64,000 bases of DNA, from contig CAZVWA010000001.1 in the NCBI GenBank assembly GCA_964631085.1, forward strand, positions 2,482 to 66,481. The letters are read 5' to 3'. Made by a program: the position numbers and the translations under genes. Shown here piece after piece: positions 61,351 through 64,000 of the stretch. The notes under the pieces were generated by a model. The model saw only the letters and a list, made by a program, of their open reading frames with translations. It was not told where the DNA came from and searched no databases. The DNA is from an uncultured Rubrivirga sp. GTDB lineage: Bacteria > Actinomycetota > Actinomycetes > S36-B12. Positions within the stretch are counted from its first letter, which is position 1, and each line of letters begins with the position of its first letter.

Positions 61351-62586
61351 ATGGCCGAGATCGTCCTGGGGGTTACCGGCGGAATCGCCGCCTACAAGGC
61401 GGTCGCCCTTCTGCGCGACCTGCGGGAATCGGGTCTGGACGTCACTGTCGTACCCACGTCATCGGCTCTGAAGTTCGTCGGGGAGCCCACCTGGGCCGCG
61501 CTGTCCGGACGCGCAGTTGCCACCGACGTATGGACGGGCACCCAGGACGTGCCCCATGTGCGCCTCGGTCAGCAGGCGGATGCCGTCGTCATCGCCCCGG
61601 CTACGGCGGATTTCCTTGCCCGGGCAGCCCACGGCATCGCCAATGACCTCCTTACCAACGTCCTGTTGACTGCTCACGGCCCGGTAATCATCGCCCCCGC
61701 GATGCACACCGAGATGTGGCAGCACCCGGCGACCCAGGCGAATGTCCGCACTCTGCGCGAGCGCGGTGCGATCGTCCTAGATCCCGACGATGGCCGGTTG
61801 ACCGGTGCGGACTCAGGGCCCGGTCGGCTACCCGACCCGGCGTTGATCGCCGACATGGTTCGTGAACTCGTCCGTGTTTCTCATCGAAGCGATGGTTCGC
61901 GCACCAGTCTCGACCTCGTTGGCACCAAGATGTTGATCAGCGCCGGAGGCACTCAGGAACCCTGGGACGATGTCCGTTATCTCGGCAACCGAAGCAGTGG
62001 CCGCCAAGGCTTCGCACTGGCGAGGACCGCCCTCGCGCGCGGAGCATCGGTGACGCTCGTCGTTGGACACACCGATGACTCAATCCCACCCGGGTGCTCA
62101 GTGATCACCATCGATACGGCCGAGGATTTGCGCGTGGCGATGCACGACGCCATAGCCCAGGAAGACCCGGACGTCGTTGTCATGGCGGCCGCGGTTGCCG
62201 ATTTCCGACCGGTTGCCTCAAGTCGAAGCAAGATCACCAAGGAGTCACTCGATGGTGCCACCCCCGAACTGACCTTGGAACAGACCACCGACGTTCTGGC
62301 CGAAATCGTTGCCAAGCGGGGCTCGGCGCCTCGCCCCGTCGTCGTGGGCTTTGCCGCCGAGGCGCCGAGTGATGGCGAGACGCTGGCTACCCGAGCGCAG
62401 GCAAAACTCGCTCGCAAGGGCTGCGACTACCTCGTCGCCAACGAAGTCTCCGGTGGAGCCGTCTTCGGCGAAGCGTCCACCTCGATTTTGATCCTGTCCC
62501 CCGAGGGGGAGCGCGCGAACCTCACCGGGGTAAGCAAAGCGGACGCGGCCGATGCCTTATGGGACATCATCACCGCAGATCGCTAG
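61351..62586 (+). CDS. coaBC: Bifunctional phosphopantothenoylcysteine decarboxylase / synthetase
   Basis: N-terminal flavoprotein motif [10 protein letters not shown] and C-terminal CoaB motif [22 protein letters not shown]. Confidence 0.93.
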   Translation: MAEIVLGVTGGIAAYKAVALLRDLRESGLDVTVVPTSSALKFVGEPTWAALSGRAVATDVWTGTQDVPHVRLGQQADAVVIAPATADFLARAAHGIANDLLTNVLLTAHGPVIIAPAMHTEMWQHPATQANVRTLRERGAIVLDPDDGRLTGADSGPGRLPDPALIADMVRELVRVSHRSDGSRTSLDLVGTKMLISAGGTQEPWDDVRYLGNRSSGRQGFALARTALARGASVTLVVGHTDDSIPPGCSVITIDTAEDLRVAMHDAIAQEDPDVVVMAAAVADFRPVASSRSKITKESLDGATPELTLEQTTDVLAEIVAKRGSAPRPVVVGFAAEAPSDGETLATRAQAKLARKGCDYLVANEVSGGAVFGEASTSILILSPEGERANLTGVSKADAADALWDIITADR

Positions 62587-62642
62587 ACTCCACGAGCCGA
62601 ACGGGGCTCGGCCCCGCCTGTATTCGCTGCCAAGGGAGTCTC

Positions 62643-63893
62643 GTGTCGCAACGCCTGTTCACATCCGAGTCGGTTACCGAGGGTCATCCGGACAAGATGG
62701 CCGACCAGATCAGCGACGCCATCCTTGATGACCTGCTCCGACAAGATCCGCGCAGCCGCGTTGCAGTCGAGACGATGCTCACCACCGGCCAGGTCCACGT
62801 TGCCGGCGAGGTGACGACCGAGGGCTTCGCCGATGTCATGAACCTCGTGCGTCAGGCGGTGCTCGGAATCGGTTACGACTCTTCGGTTAAGGGATTTGAC
62901 GGCGAGTCGTGCGGCATCAGCGTTTCCATTGGCAAGCAGTCTCCGGACATTGCGCAGGGTGTCGACGACGCCTACGAGGAGCGGGCGGACGGCAGCGAGG
63001 ATCCGCTGGATCGCCAGGGTGCCGGTGATCAGGGCCTGATGTTCGGCTACGCCTGCACCGACACCCCCGAGCTCATGCCGCTGCCGATCTCGATGGCGCA
63101 CCGCCTGAGCGAGCAACTCACGGCCAAGCGCAAGGACGGCACGCTGGACTACCTACGTCCGGATGGCAAAACCCAGGTGACCATTCGCTATGACGAAAAC
63201 GACAAGCCGATGGGTATCGACACCATCGTCGTCAGCAGCCAGCACGCCGCGGAGATTGATCTCGACAAGACTTTGGCCCCGGATGTGCGCACTCACGTCG
63301 TCGAGCCGATCCTTGAGACGTTCGACGTTGACAGCCGCGACTACCGACTCTTGGTGAATCCGACCGGACGCTTCGAGGTTGGCGGTCCGATGGGCGACGC
63401 TGGACTGACGGGCCGCAAGATCATTGTCGATACTTACGGTGGCATGGCTCGACACGGCGGTGGCGCGTTCTCGGGCAAGGACCCCTCCAAGGTCGACCGC
63501 TCGGCTACTTACGCAATGCGCTGGGTCGCCAAGAATGTCGTAGCCGCCGGTCTCGCGACGCGGTGCGAGGTCCAGGTCGCGTACGCCATCGGCGTTTCGC
63601 ATCCGGTAGGGGTGTTCGTTGAGACGTTCGGCACGGGCATCATGAGTGACGAGCAGATCCAAGAGGCGGTGTTGAAGGTATTCGACCTGCGCCCGGCCGC
63701 GATCATCCGCGACCTCGATCTGTTGCGGCCCATCTACCGGATCACCAGCGCCTACGGTCACTTCGGCCGTCCGCAGGGTGTCAACCAACTGTTGGACTCC
63801 GACGATCCTGCGTCGCGTACCGAGGTCGGCCCGACCTTCACCTGGGAGGCCACCGACCGAGCGGAAGACCTGCGCGCCGCCTCGGGTGTCTAG
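62643..63893 (+). CDS. metK: S-adenosylmethionine synthase
   Basis: [12 protein letters not shown] and [16 protein letters not shown] motifs. GTG 62643 is preceded by AAGGGAG. The ORF-track start at 62559 was rejected. Confidence 0.96.
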   Translation: MSQRLFTSESVTEGHPDKMADQISDAILDDLLRQDPRSRVAVETMLTTGQVHVAGEVTTEGFADVMNLVRQAVLGIGYDSSVKGFDGESCGISVSIGKQSPDIAQGVDDAYEERADGSEDPLDRQGAGDQGLMFGYACTDTPELMPLPISMAHRLSEQLTAKRKDGTLDYLRPDGKTQVTIRYDENDKPMGIDTIVVSSQHAAEIDLDKTLAPDVRTHVVEPILETFDVDSRDYRLLVNPTGRFEVGGPMGDAGLTGRKIIVDTYGGMARHGGGAFSGKDPSKVDRSATYAMRWVAKNVVAAGLATRCEVQVAYAIGVSHPVGVFVETFGTGIMSDEQIQEAVLKVFDLRPAAIIRDLDLLRPIYRITSAYGHFGRPQGVNQLLDSDDPASRTEVGPTFTWEATDRAEDLRAASGV

Positions 63894-64000
63894 CGCCAGC
63901 ACCACTCTCGGGCTCGACATCGGGCCCGCGGATCCGATCGCACGGGTTCGCGTCGATCTTTCGGTCATGCACCTTGACCGGGATTTCGACTACCTGGTTC
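63886..64000 (+). CDS. priA: Primosomal protein N' (PriA helicase), first ~38 codons, cut by window end
   Basis: The frame from GTG 63886 reads [38 protein letters not shown]. The ..ARV...HLDR-FDYLV N-terminus and the metK-priA synteny match what I recall for actinobacteria. It is too short to appear in the ORF track. Confidence 0.5.
   Translation, partial: MSSASTTLGLDIGPADPIARVRVDLSVMHLDRDFDYLV

Noticed and set aside
62587-62642. SAM riboswitch upstream of metK
   Set aside because: The gap is only 56 nt. It contains a single small hairpin (CGAGCC-gaacgg-GGCTCG) plus the AAGGGAG Shine-Dalgarno sequence. That is too short for any SAM riboswitch class I know, and I saw no conserved core.
1-64000. 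Mobile elements, prophage, defence islands, tRNA/rRNA genes and biosynthetic gene clusters
   Set aside because: Every ORF of meaningful size is accounted for by housekeeping families. The largest non-coding gaps (175, 169, 129, 94 and 92 nt) contain no tRNA-like cloverleaf, no inverted terminal repeats and no integrase or transposase fragments.

Overview
This is a GC-rich actinobacterial (Actinomycetota) core-chromosome region. It is almost entirely coding, nearly all genes are on the + strand, and many neighbouring genes overlap stop-to-start. Gene order: distal dcw cluster (ftsI' murE murF mraY murD ftsW murG murC ftsQ ftsZ); pgeF yggS sepF yggT divIVA; ileS (-); a histone-H1-like/DksA fusion, lspA, rluD, dnaE; a small membrane protein, ybaK (-), a Lon-N-domain protein (-); hisD-C-B-H-hisA(PriA type)-hisF-hisI joined directly to trpE; two unknown membrane proteins; an OmpR/histidine-kinase pair; a DUF2752 protein; trpC-B-A; a DsbA-like protein, lgt; gltB gltD; pyk; pyrR-pyrB-pyrC-(membrane gene)-carA-carB-pyrK-pyrD-pyrF; gmk rpoZ coaBC metK; and the first codons of primosomal priA. 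I saw no rRNA or tRNA genes, no CRISPR array, no transposase, integrase or phage genes, and no recognisable defence island. I do not see a convincing new multi-gene system here. The items most worth follow-up are: (1) the five uncharacterised membrane/signalling genes between trpE and trpC; (2) a recurring TAG(R)(S)T -10-like hexamer 6-7 nt upstream of eight start codons, which suggests leaderless mRNAs and internal promoters, including a 23-bp divergent intergenic region with overlapping -10 boxes; (3) a T-box-like leader upstream of ileS and a PyrR-binding hairpin over the pyrR ribosome-binding site; (4) an H1-like/DksA fusion built on 15-bp in-frame repeats; (5) PyrK/PyrD class 1B genes present, and no mIHF gene, in an otherwise mycobacterium/Streptomyces-like pyr-gmk locus. 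All calls come from reading the translations and the DNA by eye. No database search or folding program was run.
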